Origin: Dicyema japonicum
Taxonomy: Eukaryota > Animalia > Dicyemida
Assembly: GCA_011109175.1 (NCBI GenBank)
Contig: RDEW01000051.1
Coordinates: 267,812 to 331,811 of the forward strand
Direction of reading: 5' to 3'
Length of the DNA: 64,000 nt
Position numbers and translations under genes: made by a program. Shown here piece after piece: positions 63,415 through 64,000 of the stretch. Numbering within the stretch: position 1 is the stretch's first letter; the number at the start of each line of letters is the position of its first letter. The notes under the pieces were generated by a model. That model saw only the letters and a list, made by a program, of their open reading frames with translations. It did no database searches and was not told the origin of the DNA.

Positions 63415-64000
63415 ACCGAATTCAATCAAATCAAATCAAATTTATTCCAAAGTAAGTAAGTAAGGAGTTATTTTTTAGGATATTTAAACGTGTCCCGCCT
63501 ATGCGGCCTGGACACTTCCGATGTATCCACACTCCATTTAGTTATCTTTTATCGTCGGATTCCATTGATTCTTTCTCTATGATGTTTTTAACAGGAGTTA
63601 GAATCATGTCTTTTTCAGTGCTGAGAGCATCCCAGAGCCTTTTTCCTAAAGCCAACTTTATTGCCGACCTTCTGGTTTTTTCCATGAGAAACATTATTCT
63701 TTCTCTTTGGCAAGAGAAAAACCATGCTTCGCATCCATATAGAAGTTCAGGTAGGATGATCCTCATGAAGATGAACAAGAAGGTTTCCAGGCTTACAAGC
63801 AACTTTCTTGTACATAAGAGTGCTTGAAGCGCCTTCTTCCTTCTTCGTCTTATGTCCTCCATGAAGGAACCATTTCCATCGATTGCTATCCCGAGGTAGC
63901 GCATTGAGTTTACTTTAGGAATCTCTAATGAGTAAGGCTGCTTCTGATGCCTCCTTAGGCGACTCTAGAGAGCTGGATTTCTCCGTAGACAATCTCATCC
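63415..64000 (-). mobile_element. LINE 3' end, same family as 62780-63400, with stem-loop 3' UTR and microsatellite tail
   Basis: YLGIAIDGNGSFMEDIRRRRKKA..ILPELLYGCEAW..MEKTRRSAIKLA; UTR hairpin GTGTCC..GGACAC; (TTAC)n and (TTTGA)n tail. Confidence 0.85.

Overview
Eukaryotic nuclear scaffold, AT-rich, with an 877-N gap at 49105-49981 and single Ns at 48034, 50894 and 56409. It comes from an organism with extremely short spliceosomal introns (21-30 nt, GT-AG). The recognisable host genes are animal-type: ITPK1, CRLS1, CaMKII, GATAD1, an SLC7 cationic amino acid transporter and TDH. I infer a reduced metazoan parasite (myxozoan- or dicyemid-like), but this is not proven. The genes sit in small dense islands. 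Most of the rest is decayed mobile DNA: I-group (Ingi/Vingi-like) APE-RT LINEs ending in GIT-stop plus an AAT-rich tail, RTE-like LINEs, CRE-like RLE LINEs, two SINE families, several hAT elements, a pogo-like MITE and a Merlin transposase relic. Four observations stand out. (1) About 13 SINE copies share a core that folds, with compensatory base changes, into an HDV-ribozyme-like pseudoknot topology. (2) 2A-like peptides lie directly N-terminal of LINE endonucleases. (3) The Merlin transposase carries four 28-30 nt introns. (4) CACGTG is several-fold over-represented. Single-base losses in homopolymers inside conserved genes suggest assembly indel errors. All translations, alignments, folds and counts were done by eye.
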